Below are positions 19,948 through 30,089 of a stretch of DNA of 64,000 nt, in pieces. Source of the stretch: Patescibacteria group bacterium (GTDB lineage: Bacteria > Patescibacteriota > Kazan-3B-28); assembly GCA_028717565.1 (NCBI GenBank), contig JAQUNP010000001.1, positions 293,996 through 357,995 on the forward strand, written 5' to 3'. A model generated the notes under the pieces. That model saw only the letters and a list, made by a program, of their open reading frames with translations, was not told the DNA's origin and did not search any database. Every line of letters starts with the position of its first letter. The stretch's first letter is position 1. A program made the position numbers and the translations under genes.

Positions 19948-20874
19948 TTAACCGAGTTTGTAGCGCAGTGTGACGCTGACACGGATTTCCTGCGAGCCCG
20001 GTTCGATATTTGGCGAGATCTTTACCTCCTCGCCGCCACCATAACCATAGCCGTAGTCATAACGAGTGTCGTAGGGGTTGCCCACGTTCTCTTGGATAGA
20101 GAGAAGTTTACCGAGTTTGACGTCGGCGCTTTTGGCGATGGATTTGGCCATATCTCTGGCTTCGTCAATGGCATCTTTTCTAGCATCTTCTACCCATTCG
20201 TTAGGATCCTCAACAGTGAAGAAGATATTGCCCACTTCATTGGCGCCGGCTTTGGTGACAGTGTCGACGATGTCGTTTACATCATCAAGGTCTCGGATGG
20301 TAAGTGTGAAGGTATGGCGTCCAGTATATCCGGTGATGCGAGCTGGGGAATACCGATAGTCGCTTTCGGGATAGAGATTATAATCGACGGTCTTGATATC
20401 ATCATCGTCAATATTGAATTCGTCTAAGGCGTCTAGGATTTTGTCGATGCGGTTATCAATCTCTTCGCGGACATCATCAATATCTTTTGCACTTTCGGTG
20501 ACGCCAAAGTCCAGTTTTGCGATGTCTGGCGTGGCATAAACTACGCCCTCACCCGAGACGGTGATGCCGTCGAGATAGTTATCGGAACTGGCGGAAGTAT
20601 CTCCGGTAGCGATGGCTGTCATGGCAATGCCGATCAGTCCGACAAAGACAATGATGAGCAGCGTTAAAATGCCAGTTGACATTCCGCCCCGACTCGACGT
20701 CGGCACGGTTTGTTTGACTGGTGGCTGAGTATAGGTTGGCTGTGACGCCGACGGTGTCTGCGACCAGGTAGGTTGAGCCGGACGAGGTGTCTGCTCGCCG
20801 CCTGATGCAGGATTTGTGTTTTGCCCCCCAGAAGTTCTGTCCTCAATCGGGTTGAGGTTCTCGTCGAATTCCAT
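19948..20874 (-). CDS. SIMPL (DUF541)-domain protein with P/Q/T-rich N-terminus and TM anchor
   Basis: 308 aa. Low-complexity region, then a TM helix, then a domain starting GITVSGEGVVYATPDIAKLDFGV... and ending ...IRVSVTLRYKL, as in SIMPL family proteins. AAGGAG SD. Confidence 0.7.
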   Translation of the reverse strand: MEFDENLNPIEDRTSGGQNTNPASGGEQTPRPAQPTWSQTPSASQPTYTQPPVKQTVPTSSRGGMSTGILTLLIIVFVGLIGIAMTAIATGDTSASSDNYLDGITVSGEGVVYATPDIAKLDFGVTESAKDIDDVREEIDNRIDKILDALDEFNIDDDDIKTVDYNLYPESDYRYSPARITGYTGRHTFTLTIRDLDDVNDIVDTVTKAGANEVGNIFFTVEDPNEWVEDARKDAIDEARDMAKSIAKSADVKLGKLLSIQENVGNPYDTRYDYGYGYGGGEEVKISPNIEPGSQEIRVSVTLRYKLG

Positions 20875-20891
20875 ATCAACTCCTTAGGCTT

Positions 20892-22235
20892 TTAACTACT
20901 ATATTTTTTGTGCAACAGAGTTTTAGCATACTCTCTCTCATCATAATCTACCAGTCCGGTTGGGGTGGCCATTTTTGTTTGAGCGCCTAGAGCCAACAGA
21001 ACGACGCTGTCTTTCTTCTCGGCCAGCGAGAGGGCGTGCTGAACGGCGGCGCGCCGGTTTAAGATTATGAAGAGGTTTTTACTTTCTTGAAATTTTTCGG
21101 CAGAGATGCCGGCGCGGATGGCCTCAATGATTTGTCCGGGATCTTCGCTGCCTGGGTCTTCTTCTGTGAGGACTATGACATCGGCGTATTTGCTGGCGAT
21201 CCGACCGATTAAGGGGCGCTTCTCTTTGTCTCTGTCTCCAGCTGCGCCAAAAACAGTGATAACGCGACCTTCCGTGAATTGCCGAATAGACGACAAGGAT
21301 TTCTCGTAGCCATCGGGTGTGTGAGCATAGTCGCTGATAACATTGAACGGCTGACCGGCTTTAATGTATTCCATACGGCCAGGGATGAGGTCGACACTTT
21401 CTAGGCCTCGTTTGATGTCTGCTAGTGGGAAGCCCAAGGCATAGGCCGAAGTCGCAGCGGCTAAAGCATTTTCTATATTGAAACGGCCAGGGATTTGGAG
21501 CTGGACTTTGATAGAGCCAGTTGGAGAAACAAGTGTAAAGAGGCTACCCGTGGCGGCCAGATGGATTTCTTTGGCGTGTAGCGTATCGGGAGGAGTTTGG
21601 TGGTTCTGGGCAGAGAAAAACAATTTTTGCTCGGCCGGGTATTTAGCAAAATGTGCGTGCAGGGGGTCGTCGAAGTTTAAAACAATGGTTTTGGCAACGC
21701 CGGGTTTTTTCCATGAGCTAGCCAAGTTTTTGAAAAGTTTTTCTTTTGAGCGGCGGTATTCCTCCATGGTATGGTGGTAGTCCAAGTGGTCTTGGGTGAG
21801 ATTGGTAAAGACGGCTACGTCGTAGAATATGCCCCAGGTGCGATGCTGGGCCAGGGCATGAGATGAGGTTTCTACTACAGCATATTCGCAACCAGCTTTA
21901 ACCATGCGTCGCAAGAGTGATTGAGTGGTGAACGGATTGTCGGTAGTCATCTTTGACTCGTTGACCCACTTCTTTTTGTTTATCCAAAAGTTCACGGTAG
22001 TCATCAGCCCTACCTTTTTACCAGCGGCTTCTAGAATATGTGCCAACATGGTGCAGGTGGCCGTTTTGCCATTGGTGCCAGTGACACCGACAACTATCAT
22101 CTTGGCAGCAGGGAAGCCAGACGAAGTGGCGGCCCAAACCCCCCGTCCCTTGTGGTAGAACTCATATAGGGGTGTTCCTTGAGCGAAAGTCCCCCCCAGC
22201 AGTCGTTTGCCGAGTTGTTTGATTTTTTTTATCAT
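20892..22235 (-). CDS. Mur ligase family protein, MurE-like (short N-terminus)
   Basis: 447 aa. P-loop GVTGTNGKT, TNLTQDHLDYH and DYAHTPD motifs as in MurE. Only about 45 aa precede the P-loop. Confidence 0.8.
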   Translation of the reverse strand: MIKKIKQLGKRLLGGTFAQGTPLYEFYHKGRGVWAATSSGFPAAKMIVVGVTGTNGKTATCTMLAHILEAAGKKVGLMTTVNFWINKKKWVNESKMTTDNPFTTQSLLRRMVKAGCEYAVVETSSHALAQHRTWGIFYDVAVFTNLTQDHLDYHHTMEEYRRSKEKLFKNLASSWKKPGVAKTIVLNFDDPLHAHFAKYPAEQKLFFSAQNHQTPPDTLHAKEIHLAATGSLFTLVSPTGSIKVQLQIPGRFNIENALAAATSAYALGFPLADIKRGLESVDLIPGRMEYIKAGQPFNVISDYAHTPDGYEKSLSSIRQFTEGRVITVFGAAGDRDKEKRPLIGRIASKYADVIVLTEEDPGSEDPGQIIEAIRAGISAEKFQESKNLFIILNRRAAVQHALSLAEKKDSVVLLALGAQTKMATPTGLVDYDEREYAKTLLHKKYSS

Positions 22236-23251
22236 CTCAATCGATTAATCAAAGTGTAGAACCGATACATTAAGGGATGAAGGGGTAGTTCTAGTGTGCC
22301 GATATATTCCGTTTTTTGTCCACCAAAACCTTCTTTAAAACGGGTCAGACCGGCCCAGGGATGGTGAGGGTAGGGGCTGATACCCCAGAAGTCGTATTCT
22401 TTGAATCCATCTTCATGGTATTTTTTTATGGCGGAAAACTGGAGGAGGTGAGGAGCCATGAGATTGCGAAAGTCATTACCAGAGGCGCCATGTACGTAGG
22501 TGGCGGTTTGCCCGAATTTGTTGATCAAAATACCAGCAATAGGGTCTGGGCCGAGATAGGCCAAGAATAGATCCTGCATGCCTTGGGGAGCTAGGCAGCG
22601 GAACTGGGTTGCGTAGTAATTGTCACTGTGGGCTTTGAATCTATCACGATCAGCAGTTTGGTGTGTAAGGCGAATGAAATGTTTGATGTCGTCTAGTTCG
22701 GTAGCCAACTTTACTTTTATACCCTTTTTTTCTGCCAAACGAATGTTATAGCGGGTTTTTGGTTTCATACGTTGGAGCAGGGTGGCAGGGTTTTGGTTAA
22801 TGGAGAGCATTAGAGAATGTTTGGGTTGGACACTTTTTGACCCGATTTGGAACCCCAAACTCCTATAAATGGAGGCAACTATTTTATCTCCAACGGCAAT
22901 ATGAGGATCGATGCGAAAACAGACAACTTTTTCGTGACTGCCAAGCTGTATAATTTCTTGCAGGAGTAATTTGGCACTGGCCTGTTGGTCGGAGGCAGAC
23001 AGGGCTTTATTGACCAAGTTGCCCTTGGGAGCGTAGAGCACTGACCAACCAAAGCCAAGCGAGAGTTTTATTACTTGAATTTGATTAATAATCTGGCCAT
23101 TAGCTTCCACTGCTAGGCGCCAAACTTTATTACCAAGACGGGTTTGGAAATCCCCCCAAGCCCAGCTCTGCAAAAAATTTGCGTCGGGCTTTGCGAGTAG
23201 GGCGGTGTCCCAACTGTTGGCCGTGAGAGAGTTTTGAGGGCAGATTCTCAT
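22232..23251 (-). CDS. FemAB-family peptidoglycan branch peptidyl/aminoacyl transferase
   Basis: 339 aa. Segments FLQSWAWG and KPKTRYNIRLAEKKGI are typical of FemAB/lipid II aminoacyltransferases. 4-nt overlap with the Mur ligase gene. Confidence 0.75.
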   Translation of the reverse strand: MRICPQNSLTANSWDTALLAKPDANFLQSWAWGDFQTRLGNKVWRLAVEANGQIINQIQVIKLSLGFGWSVLYAPKGNLVNKALSASDQQASAKLLLQEIIQLGSHEKVVCFRIDPHIAVGDKIVASIYRSLGFQIGSKSVQPKHSLMLSINQNPATLLQRMKPKTRYNIRLAEKKGIKVKLATELDDIKHFIRLTHQTADRDRFKAHSDNYYATQFRCLAPQGMQDLFLAYLGPDPIAGILINKFGQTATYVHGASGNDFRNLMAPHLLQFSAIKKYHEDGFKEYDFWGISPYPHHPWAGLTRFKEGFGGQKTEYIGTLELPLHPLMYRFYTLINRLR

Positions 23252-23354
23252 GATACTTTATTTTAGCATAAAATCCGCTTCCAGAGTGATTTTGTGTTAT
23301 ATTGGATGTGATCTCTTGGGCAGAGTCGGGATAAAAATTAAATGTTTAGTGTCT

Positions 23355-24305
23355 ATGTTTATTTTAGGGATAGAGTCGTCTTGTGATGACACAGGAGTGG
23401 CTATAGTCAAGAACGGTAAGGAGGTCTTGATCAACCTAATTTCTTCTCAAGAAAAAATCCACGCTAAGTTTGGCGGGGTGGTACCGGAGGTGGCTAGCCG
23501 TAAGCATATGGAAATGATTTTTCCGCTTGTGGATGAGGCGCTTACGAGGGCTGGGCTCACTTATAAGCAAATTGATGCGATTGCAGTGACGGTCACGCCG
23601 GGGCTGTTGGGCTCTTTGTTGGTGGGAGTAAATGCGGCCAAGGTTTTGGGGTACTTGTGGGGCAAGCCGGTGATATCAGTCAATCATTTGTTGGGGCATA
23701 TTTACGCGGGAGAGTTAGGCGGACGATTAGTATTCCCGTTAGTGGCATTGGTGGCCAGTGGGGGGCACAGTGAGTTTGTGTTAATGACAAAACACGGAGA
23801 TTACAAATACCTTGGTGGGACTCGTGATGATGCGGCAGGAGAGGCCTTTGATAAGGCAGCCCGGGTATTGGGGCTGGGTTATCCCGGTGGTTCGGCTATA
23901 GCCAAGGTGGCCAAGCGAGGTGGGGCATCTTTGCCGCGGCCTTTGAGTGCAAGTGCGCAAATCGATTTTTCTTTCTCGGGCTTAAAGACCGCAGTGGCTA
24001 GAGCAAAAGGCGGAAAAGCGGAGTTGGCTTATGAATTTCAGGAAGCCGTGACAGATGTTTTGATAGATAATTTTACTAAAGCCATTAAAAAATATAAGCC
24101 GAAAATGATTTTAATGGGTGGCGGTGTGTCGGCCAACAAAGTTTTGCGAGCCAAACTTGAGAGCTTGGCGGCGGATTTTGGAGTGAAGCTGATTTTGCCA
24201 GAGATGAAGTATTGTACTGATAACGCCGCAATGATTGGGGCGGCTGCGTACTATATTCGTAGTCCCAAACAGGACAAATGGTACAATGCAGAGGTAATTG
24301 TTTAA
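23355..24305 (+). CDS. tsaD: tRNA N6-adenosine threonylcarbamoyltransferase
   Basis: Start moved to M36 of the track ORF (MFILGIESSCDDTG...), the conserved TsaD N-terminus. HLLGH metal motif. Confidence 0.93.
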   Translation: MFILGIESSCDDTGVAIVKNGKEVLINLISSQEKIHAKFGGVVPEVASRKHMEMIFPLVDEALTRAGLTYKQIDAIAVTVTPGLLGSLLVGVNAAKVLGYLWGKPVISVNHLLGHIYAGELGGRLVFPLVALVASGGHSEFVLMTKHGDYKYLGGTRDDAAGEAFDKAARVLGLGYPGGSAIAKVAKRGGASLPRPLSASAQIDFSFSGLKTAVARAKGGKAELAYEFQEAVTDVLIDNFTKAIKKYKPKMILMGGGVSANKVLRAKLESLAADFGVKLILPEMKYCTDNAAMIGAAAYYIRSPKQDKWYNAEVIV

Positions 24306-24308
24306 GCT

Positions 24309-26420
24309 ATGGACTCTAAATTTGATTTTAGGCAGTTAGAAAGTAAGCTATATCAGAAGTGGGAAAAATCGGGTGCTTTTTCGCCGAAGATAGATAAAAA
24401 GAAAAAGCCGTTTTGCATTATCATGCCCCCGCCCAATGCTTATGATAAGTTACACATCGGACATGCTCTTTTTGTGACGCTGGAAGACATTATGGTGCGA
24501 TACCATCGTTTGCTGGGTGAGCCCACGCTTTGGCTGCCGGGAGCTGACCATGCGGCGACAGCCAGCCAGATTTTTTTTGAGCAGAAGTTAAGAGGGGAAG
24601 GTAGGTCACGTCACGATTTGGGTCGGGATAAGTTTAATGCTGAATTGATGACGTGGATGCTTGAGCAAAGGGAGACCATGGAGGGTCAGCTGAAAGTTTT
24701 GGGTGCTAGTTGTGATTGGACTCGCAAAAAATTCACATTGGATGAGGACGTAAGCCGAGCCGTGGTGTACACGTTTAAACGTATGTACGAGGAGGGTCTG
24801 ATTTATCGGGGTAAGCGAGTTATTAACTGGTCACCCAAAAGCCAGACCGGTTTGTCTGATTTAGAAGTGATCTATCAAGAAGTGGAGGGAGAGCTAACCT
24901 TGATTAAGTATCCGCTGAAGGGGGGCGGGGAAATTGTGGTGGCGACGACTCGTCCAGAAACAATGTTGGGAGATACCGCAGTGGCGGTTAATCCCAAGGA
25001 CAAGCGGTACAAGGAGATGGTGGGCAAAACAGTTATTTTGCCGCTGATGAACAGAGAGATACCGGTGGTGGCGGATGATTATGTGGATATGAAGTTTGGG
25101 ACAGGAGCCGTTAAAGTGACACCAGCGCATGACCCCAACGATTTTGAAATTGGGCAGAGACATAATCTTGAACAAATCGAGGTTATTGGCAAGGATGCTA
25201 GAATCACTGAAGCCGGCGGTAAATATGCGGGAATGAAGGTAACAGAAGCCAGGGAGAGCGTGGCGGAAGATCTGGACAAACTGGGCCTGCTGGTCGAGCG
25301 CAAAAAATTTGTGCACAGTGTGCCCCACAGCGAGAGAACTAAGGAGCCAGTGGAACAACTACTTTCGGAACAATGGTTTGTGAAGGTCGGGCCGCTAGCC
25401 AAACCCGCGATTGAGGCGGTGAAGAGAGGCAAAATTAAAATGTTGCCGAAACGATTCGAGAAAATTTACTTCAACTGGATGGAAAACATTCGGGATTGGA
25501 ATATCAGTCGACAACTGTGGTGGGGGCATCGAATCCCGGTTTATTATTTGGCAGATGATAAGAGTAAATATACAGTGGCCTTTGACGCTAAGGTAGCTGA
25601 ACAAGAACTGGGCGGGAAAGTAGTGCAGGAGGAGGACACGCTCGACACTTGGTTTTCTTCTGGTCTGTGGCCATTTACTACTTTGGGTTGGCCCGAGAAG
25701 AGTCAAGATTTTGAATATTTTTATCCAACTACTGTGATGGAGACAGGGCATGAGATTATCTTCTTTTGGGTGGCGAGAATGATTATGCTGGGGCTTTACT
25801 GCACGGGTGAGATTCCTTTTGAGCTAGTTTATTTTAATGGCATTGTTAGGGATAAGGAGAACCAAAAAATCTCGAGATCAAAGGGCAACGTGATTGATCC
25901 GATTGAAATGGTGGACAAATATGGTGCCGACGCTTTGCGGATGGGTCTGATGATGGGGACGGCTGCAGGGCAAGACACACATGTCGACGAAGATAAGATT
26001 CGGGCACATCGGAATTTTGCTAACAAGATATGGAATGCGGCTCGGTTCATCAGTATGCAAGATGCCTCACCACAAGCTATCGACAAAGTGGATTTAACCA
26101 AAGAAGACAAGGCGTTTATCAAAGAGTTCAACGGTATTGTAAAACAAGTAACCAAAGAGATGAATAAATACGCTATTGCCCAAGCTGGCGATACGCTGTA
26201 TCAGTATTTTTGGCATCAGTTCTGTGATGTGGTTATAGAAAATTCGAAGCCAGCCCTGTATGGGGATGATGACAGGCAGAAGTCCTCGGCAGTGGCAACT
26301 TTAAATTACATACTCAAAAACTCTCTTGTCATGCTGCATCCGTTTGTGCCGTTTGTGACCGAGGCGGTATGGCAGGAGCTGTATGAAGGGGACTTGATTG
26401 TAGCTAGCTGGCCGAAGTAA
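24309..26420 (+). CDS. valS: Valyl-tRNA synthetase (short, lacks C-terminal coiled coil)
   Basis: 703 aa. HIGH (LHIGHAL), WNISRQLWWGHRIP and a KMSKS variant (KISRSKGN). Confidence 0.93.
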   Translation: MDSKFDFRQLESKLYQKWEKSGAFSPKIDKKKKPFCIIMPPPNAYDKLHIGHALFVTLEDIMVRYHRLLGEPTLWLPGADHAATASQIFFEQKLRGEGRSRHDLGRDKFNAELMTWMLEQRETMEGQLKVLGASCDWTRKKFTLDEDVSRAVVYTFKRMYEEGLIYRGKRVINWSPKSQTGLSDLEVIYQEVEGELTLIKYPLKGGGEIVVATTRPETMLGDTAVAVNPKDKRYKEMVGKTVILPLMNREIPVVADDYVDMKFGTGAVKVTPAHDPNDFEIGQRHNLEQIEVIGKDARITEAGGKYAGMKVTEARESVAEDLDKLGLLVERKKFVHSVPHSERTKEPVEQLLSEQWFVKVGPLAKPAIEAVKRGKIKMLPKRFEKIYFNWMENIRDWNISRQLWWGHRIPVYYLADDKSKYTVAFDAKVAEQELGGKVVQEEDTLDTWFSSGLWPFTTLGWPEKSQDFEYFYPTTVMETGHEIIFFWVARMIMLGLYCTGEIPFELVYFNGIVRDKENQKISRSKGNVIDPIEMVDKYGADALRMGLMMGTAAGQDTHVDEDKIRAHRNFANKIWNAARFISMQDASPQAIDKVDLTKEDKAFIKEFNGIVKQVTKEMNKYAIAQAGDTLYQYFWHQFCDVVIENSKPALYGDDDRQKSSAVATLNYILKNSLVMLHPFVPFVTEAVWQELYEGDLIVASWPK

Positions 26421-26428
26421 TTAAAGGC

Positions 26429-27184
26429 CTACAAGTTTTCGTAGCCAGGGAGGACTTCAGGGAGATCTCCAGCTGATTGGTAAGTGGGTTTAGCTACTTT
26501 CAGTAGGCCTCCGGATGGGAATTTCATCAAAACCCAGGTTGAGGTTTGGGCAACTATCTCGGCATTGTAGTTGGAGCGATAGTTGACGATGGCGTTGCTA
26601 TCTTCGACTGGTGGATAGGCCAGTTCTTTTTGGAGCCACGTAGTTTCGGCGCCAGTGTTTTTATTGAAACTACGGATAGTTTCATCGGCAAAAATTACGA
26701 GTACGTTGACTCCATCGTAGTACCAGGCCTTGCCACCTTCTTGGTAGGCGACATAGAGTGGAGAGCCGGCTGGCGGTAAGATGGTAGCCAAGATATCCTC
26801 GGCACTCGTCGGGGTTTGTAGGTAGTTGTCTGCTGGGCTTAAAGAGGGGGTTTGGACGGTGCTACCCAGCGAACGATAAATCAACCCCGAGGCGTATTGG
26901 GCGTCCCGCAAGATATCGCTCGGGTTGGGGATGTCGATATTCAAAAAGTCACTGGATGGCTCTTGGGGTGTGGGGAGAGGAGACCCATCGCCGCCCTTGA
27001 GAATGGAGAGGATTGTATTTTGTTCGGCACCAGTGAGTTGCCGTTGCGAGTTAGCAGGGTTGGGTTGGAACTGGTTGGTATTTACAAAGACCTCGGCCAA
27101 GATTAGGCCAATAAGTAAAGTAAACACGAATAAATTGCGGAAAAATTTGAACATGGATTGTGGAGATTTCCGCTGTGCCATCAC
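26429..27184 (-). CDS. Hypothetical membrane-anchored extracytoplasmic protein (last gene of the T4SS-like operon)
   Basis: 251 aa with a single N-terminal TM helix and no recognisable motif. 23 nt downstream of the PilB-like gene on the same strand. Confidence 0.55.
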   Translation of the reverse strand: MMAQRKSPQSMFKFFRNLFVFTLLIGLILAEVFVNTNQFQPNPANSQRQLTGAEQNTILSILKGGDGSPLPTPQEPSSDFLNIDIPNPSDILRDAQYASGLIYRSLGSTVQTPSLSPADNYLQTPTSAEDILATILPPAGSPLYVAYQEGGKAWYYDGVNVLVIFADETIRSFNKNTGAETTWLQKELAYPPVEDSNAIVNYRSNYNAEIVAQTSTWVLMKFPSGGLLKVAKPTYQSAGDLPEVLPGYENL

Positions 27185-27207
27185 CTCTGCCTATATTATA
27201 GCAAAGA

Positions 27208-28848
27208 TTACTCTTCCACGACCCGGAACAACTCTTCTAAGGTAGTCAGGCCGGCTAGGACTTTTCCCATGCCGTCTTGAGCCAATGTTTTCATGCCATT
27301 GGTGATAGCCAGATTGCGAAGGGTTTGGGCCGAGACATCTTGAGAAATGGCATCTTTTATATTAGGGGTGATCTCGAGTAGTTCAAAGATACCTAAACGC
27401 CCCTTATAGCCGCCACTGGTTTTGGCTTGGCAATCCTTACGAATCCGCATGAGTTTCGTGGGGATAGAGGCTGCTGGGAGGATGGACTTTATCTTTTCGA
27501 TATCTTCCGGTGTGGGATCATATTCTTCTGCGCAAGTTGGGTCGATCTTTCTAACCAACCGCTGAGCAATAATTAACCGTAAGGCGTCGGCAAAAAGGTT
27601 GGGTTTGGCACCCAGCTCAATAAGACGAGGAATGGCGCCCGGTGCATCATTGGTGTGGAGAGTGGAAAGTACCAAGTGACCAGTTAAGGAGGCGTTAATG
27701 GCAATGTCTGCAGTTTCTTCGTCGCGGATTTCACCAACTAGAATGATGTCGGGGTCTTGGCGGACAATGGAGCGCAGCGCGTTGGCGAAGTCATAGTGCT
27801 CCTCTTCGTTAACTTGCGTTTGAGTAACACCGGCTAGGCGATATTCTACAGGGTCTTCAACGGTGATGATTTTGGTGGTGGGTGAGTTGATGGTATTTAG
27901 TACCGAATATAGAGTGGTAGTTTTACCAGAACCAGTGGGACCGGTATTAAGGATTAACCCATTTGGTTGCGAAATGATACGATCGACTATAGCTTTGTCG
28001 GCGGCTGAGAGACCGAGCTCGTCTAGGCCAATGAATTTTGCATCTTGTGGGAGTAGGCGCATAACGACCGACTCGCCGTATTGGGTTGGCAAAATGGATA
28101 CGCGAATGTCATAGGTGATATCACCAGCTTTAATGGCCAGGCGACCATCCTGTGAGGATTCGGTAATATTTAGCTTGAGATGGCTCAGGAATTTAATGCG
28201 GTCGACAATGTTTTTGAGAGAACTGGCAGAGAGCTCGGCGACGTCTTGCAAAACACCATCAAGCCGGTAACGTAAGCGCAACGAGGTTTTGGTGGGTTCG
28301 ATGTGGATGTCGGAAGCGTTCATACCGGAGGCGCCGGCGAAGATAAGGGTGAGAGTTTCGCTGACTGATTTGCCTTTTAACTCCTTTTCAAAAGAGGCCT
28401 TGTCAGCCAATTTACTTAACTGGTTACGGAGATCCTCGGTGATTATAATCTCGTCGTTGTTGACAACGGTTGGGGCAAAAGTGTCGTAGGTGGAGAGCAA
28501 ATATCTCATTGACGAATCAGAAACCAAAATCGGTCGGAAGGTGTATTCGTCTAAAGCTGCCAATGTTTTGAGTGCAGCCTGGGTGGATGGATCTTGAGGG
28601 TTGGTTAAGGCAAGGAAAACAGTTTGGCCTTTTTTGTCAAAAGCAAAAACCTGCGCTTCCTGGGCTAACTGTTTGGGAACAAGAGGAACTGTGGAAGGGT
28701 TGGGCTGAAAGTTGCTCATGTTTCTGTACTCCAAATTCAGTTTGGTGGCCAGCTTTTGGGCGTATTCCTCTTCTTTTTGGCGCTGCAAGTTATCAACGAG
28801 GTTGTCGATAGGATTTTGTTTGTCGGGTTGATTGTCGGAAGTAGCCAT
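27208..28848 (-). CDS. GspE/PilB-family secretion ATPase with T2SSE_N-like N-domain
   Basis: 546 aa. Walker A GPTGSGKTTTLYS, Asp box, Walker B ILVGEIRD and His box GHLVLSTLHTND. Confidence 0.9.
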   Translation of the reverse strand: MATSDNQPDKQNPIDNLVDNLQRQKEEEYAQKLATKLNLEYRNMSNFQPNPSTVPLVPKQLAQEAQVFAFDKKGQTVFLALTNPQDPSTQAALKTLAALDEYTFRPILVSDSSMRYLLSTYDTFAPTVVNNDEIIITEDLRNQLSKLADKASFEKELKGKSVSETLTLIFAGASGMNASDIHIEPTKTSLRLRYRLDGVLQDVAELSASSLKNIVDRIKFLSHLKLNITESSQDGRLAIKAGDITYDIRVSILPTQYGESVVMRLLPQDAKFIGLDELGLSAADKAIVDRIISQPNGLILNTGPTGSGKTTTLYSVLNTINSPTTKIITVEDPVEYRLAGVTQTQVNEEEHYDFANALRSIVRQDPDIILVGEIRDEETADIAINASLTGHLVLSTLHTNDAPGAIPRLIELGAKPNLFADALRLIIAQRLVRKIDPTCAEEYDPTPEDIEKIKSILPAASIPTKLMRIRKDCQAKTSGGYKGRLGIFELLEITPNIKDAISQDVSAQTLRNLAITNGMKTLAQDGMGKVLAGLTTLEELFRVVEE

Positions 28849-28850
28849 GA

Positions 28851-30089
28851 TTAAGAAATAGTGATAATAGTTTTGTCGGTGGCTCCGTTGGGGGCAAATT
28901 TGGCTTCGTAGGCCTTAGCGGTATTGATTGCGGCGCCACTACCCCCTGATACTACTGTAGCAGAAAACGTATATTCGTAGGTTTTGGTGCCAGGTTCTAC
29001 TTCTATAGTAATATAGCCCTTGCTAAAGAGGTCATCGCCATTGCCACTTTGGGGAACATACTTTAGTTCGTTGGACATGGTGTCGGTGAGGATGACCTTT
29101 TTTATGCCGTTGCTGTCATTTTGCAGGTTGAGAATAATCTTAAAGTCCAGAGTGTCGCCGACCGACGCGGTAATGTTGTCTCGGAAGGTGGCGTCACTTT
29201 CTCCTCGGACTTTTTTATCGATAAGGTCAAAAGTAAGAGAGCCACTGCCAGTAGTCCCGCCCGAACCGTCAGGGTTACGGGCAAGGACTGTCGCGCTAGC
29301 GGTGTCTCCTTGGGAGGCATCGTTGTAATTAAATACCTTAACGGTATTGGTGTGTGTACCGGCTAGGGTGGGGGAGGCGGAGAAGACGACGTCGATGGAG
29401 ACGCTCTGGCCGGGACCTAGGATGTAGGTATGTTCTTGCCCAAACCAATCGGCATTCAGGCGGCTGTTGCCGACAGATCCTTCAATAAAGCGAAGGCCGC
29501 TGGGCAAGTCGTCTTTCAACACGGCCGTTAGAGTGCCAGTACCTGAGTTCTCCAACTCGGCTTCAATTTTGAAATCGACAGTTGCGTTTACATTCACTTC
29601 TGCGTAACCGCTGTAGTCCTGTCCTCCGGCTTCTTTGACTTCTTTGGTTAGTTTCTCAACGTTAAGACGTGGCTCGGTGGTGGGCTCGACAGGCCCGCTA
29701 GTCGGAGGTAGGGTAGTGCCACCGTCTCGGGGGTTAAGAGGATCGGTGCCACGCAAAATTTCCAAGGCGTCTGATACACCGTCACCATCGGTATCGGGGT
29801 TGAGTGGGTTGGTGCCTTGGGCTGCTTCTTCGCTGTTTGTTAATCCGTCATTGTCATGGTCGCCTGTACCTAAAGCGGGGGAGAGGCGGGCGGTGTTGTT
29901 GGAAGCAATATCTAGCGCGGCCGCCGGCTCAGTAAATCGAGAGTCCCGATCAGATTGGCTGATGTTGTAACGAGTCTTGATGCCAGTGGTTTCTCGTTGA
30001 TAAGTAACATTTAAACTAGCGACTATTAAAGCCAGCGCCAACAACGAGGCAGCAATACTAACGATGCCAGTGGCAACGGTAAATCTCAT
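28851..30089 (-). CDS. TM-anchored surface protein: thrombospondin type-3-like Ca-binding repeats plus two DUF11-like beta-sandwich domains
   Basis: 412 aa. N-terminal TM helix. DHDNDGLTNSEE and DTDGDGVSDALE repeats. Two copies of a domain of about 110 aa (VDFKIEAELENSG.. and LDFKIILNLQNDS..). Confidence 0.6.
   Translation of the reverse strand: MRFTVATGIVSIAASLLALALIVASLNVTYQRETTGIKTRYNISQSDRDSRFTEPAAALDIASNNTARLSPALGTGDHDNDGLTNSEEAAQGTNPLNPDTDGDGVSDALEILRGTDPLNPRDGGTTLPPTSGPVEPTTEPRLNVEKLTKEVKEAGGQDYSGYAEVNVNATVDFKIEAELENSGTGTLTAVLKDDLPSGLRFIEGSVGNSRLNADWFGQEHTYILGPGQSVSIDVVFSASPTLAGTHTNTVKVFNYNDASQGDTASATVLARNPDGSGGTTGSGSLTFDLIDKKVRGESDATFRDNITASVGDTLDFKIILNLQNDSNGIKKVILTDTMSNELKYVPQSGNGDDLFSKGYITIEVEPGTKTYEYTFSATVVSGGSGAAINTAKAYEAKFAPNGATDKTIITIS

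Noticed and set aside
19942-20427. Plus-strand 161-aa ORF.
   Set aside because: It is fully antisense to the SIMPL-domain gene, which has a recognisable domain and an AAGGAG SD.
23250-23354. 35-codon N-terminal extension of tsaD.
   Set aside because: The conserved TsaD N-terminus (ILGIESSCDDT) begins at M36. The extension overlaps the FemAB-family gene start region and looks like promoter sequence.
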